DNA of 5,357 bases, taken from NCBI GenBank assembly GCA_028700115.1, contig JAQVTI010000028.1, positions 1 through 5,357 on the forward strand, written 5' to 3'. The notes under the pieces were generated by a model, which did not search any database, had not been told where the DNA came from, and worked only from the letters and a program-made list of their open reading frames with translations. This DNA is from Candidatus Iainarchaeum sp. GTDB taxonomy: Archaea; Iainarchaeota; Iainarchaeia; Iainarchaeales; CSSED10-239. Positions 4,969 through 5,357 of the stretch are shown one piece after another (position 1 is the first letter of the stretch; every line of letters starts with the position of its first letter). The position numbers and the translations under genes were made by a program.

Positions 4969-5241
4969 ATATTTTAAACTATAATCTAGAATGAATTTAA
5001 TTTTTTAGACATAAAATGACACAAAAGATATTAATAGACTTTAATTTTTATGTTATTCCTTTTATTATAATTATTAAATACCTAAACTTCTAATCTTAGA
5101 TACACTACTTTACAAAGATAGCATATTTTACCCACTTGTAAAAAATCTTTTTTTTAGTTATTGTTTAAAATTAGTTATTTTATACTTAATATAGACTTAT
5201 AAACACTTTTCAGTAAATAAAGACAGAAGCAAAAAGAAAGT

Positions 5242-5314
5242 AAGACTTGGAAGAAATATTCTGTGGTTTAAAGAAAATGATTAAGATGAAAAGAAAGATG
5301 TTTTTGTTGTTTTT
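5242..5314. repeat. Copies related to the 5'-end repeat family
   Basis: AAGACTTGGAAGAAATATTCTGTGGTTT (5242-5269) resembles AAGGACTAGAGA..AATTTTCTGTGGTTT (107-142), and the 11-mer TTCTGTGGTTT is exact at 132-142 and 5259-5269. GATTAAGAT...GTTTTTGTTGTTTTT (5279-5314) resembles GATTAAGATTAAGTGTTTTCTGTTGTTTT (64-87). Confidence 0.5.
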
Positions 5315-5357
5315 AAATTAAATTATTAATCTGCTCTTTTATTTTAATGATGGTATC

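Noticed and set aside
5016-5093. 25-codon ORF MTQKILIDFNFYVIPFIIIIKYLNF, and a 14-codon ORF MIKMKRKMFLLFLN at 5277-5321
   Set aside because: Neither has an RBS-like element, and frames this short are expected by chance at this composition (roughly 10% for 25 codons by my estimate).
5137-5148. TTGTAAAAAATC resembling the 5' end of the 71-nt repeat (TTGTAAAAACTC)
   Set aside because: It is a 12-mer with one mismatch made almost entirely of A/T, which is expected by chance in a window of this composition. The similarity does not extend further.
5313-5357. Minus-strand frame entering from the right edge (..DTIIKIKEQINNLI, TAA at 5315-5313), possibly the 3' end of a neighbouring gene
   Set aside because: Only 14 codons are visible, which is insufficient evidence. 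Extending the contig would settle it.

Overview
Very AT-rich 5.36-kb window (roughly three quarters A+T by eye, not computed). I found no rRNA, tRNA, CRISPR array, transposase or integrase. Four co-oriented plus-strand genes: a winged-helix regulator-like protein (probable start 417 inside ORF 333-1184); a 285-aa helical protein with a HEPN-type RNILQH (Rx4H) motif (1285-2142); a 213-aa membrane-anchored protein whose soluble part has a caspase/CHAT-like strand-His-Gly ... strand-Cys-x-Gly layout (2354-2995); and a clear Mrr-family type IV restriction endonuclease (probable start 3108, end 4013). On the minus strand, converging on mrr, a 169-aa protein with two C-terminal TM helices (4016-4525) has an ATG that overlaps (ATGA) the stop of a start-less 98-codon frame (4522-4818). 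That frame looks like the 3' part of a decayed gene. Missing from the ORF track is a 55-aa two-TM small ORF with a GGAGG RBS (144-311, minus). Four structures are not explained by genes: a ~71-nt direct repeat (~90% identical) on each side of the caspase-like gene; three helically phased TATGTTAC repeats in the divergent control region 324-416; a repeat family at both window ends sharing an exact 11-mer TTCTGTGGTTT; and a ~540-bp ORF-free tail with a 12-bp inverted repeat. Best reading is a defence-type accessory island around Mrr, with the HEPN-like and membrane caspase-like genes as the most novel candidates. Every functional call except Mrr is a motif-level inference that needs profile or structure searches. 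Host is undetermined: signals fit a low-GC methanogen-like archaeon or a low-GC bacterium.
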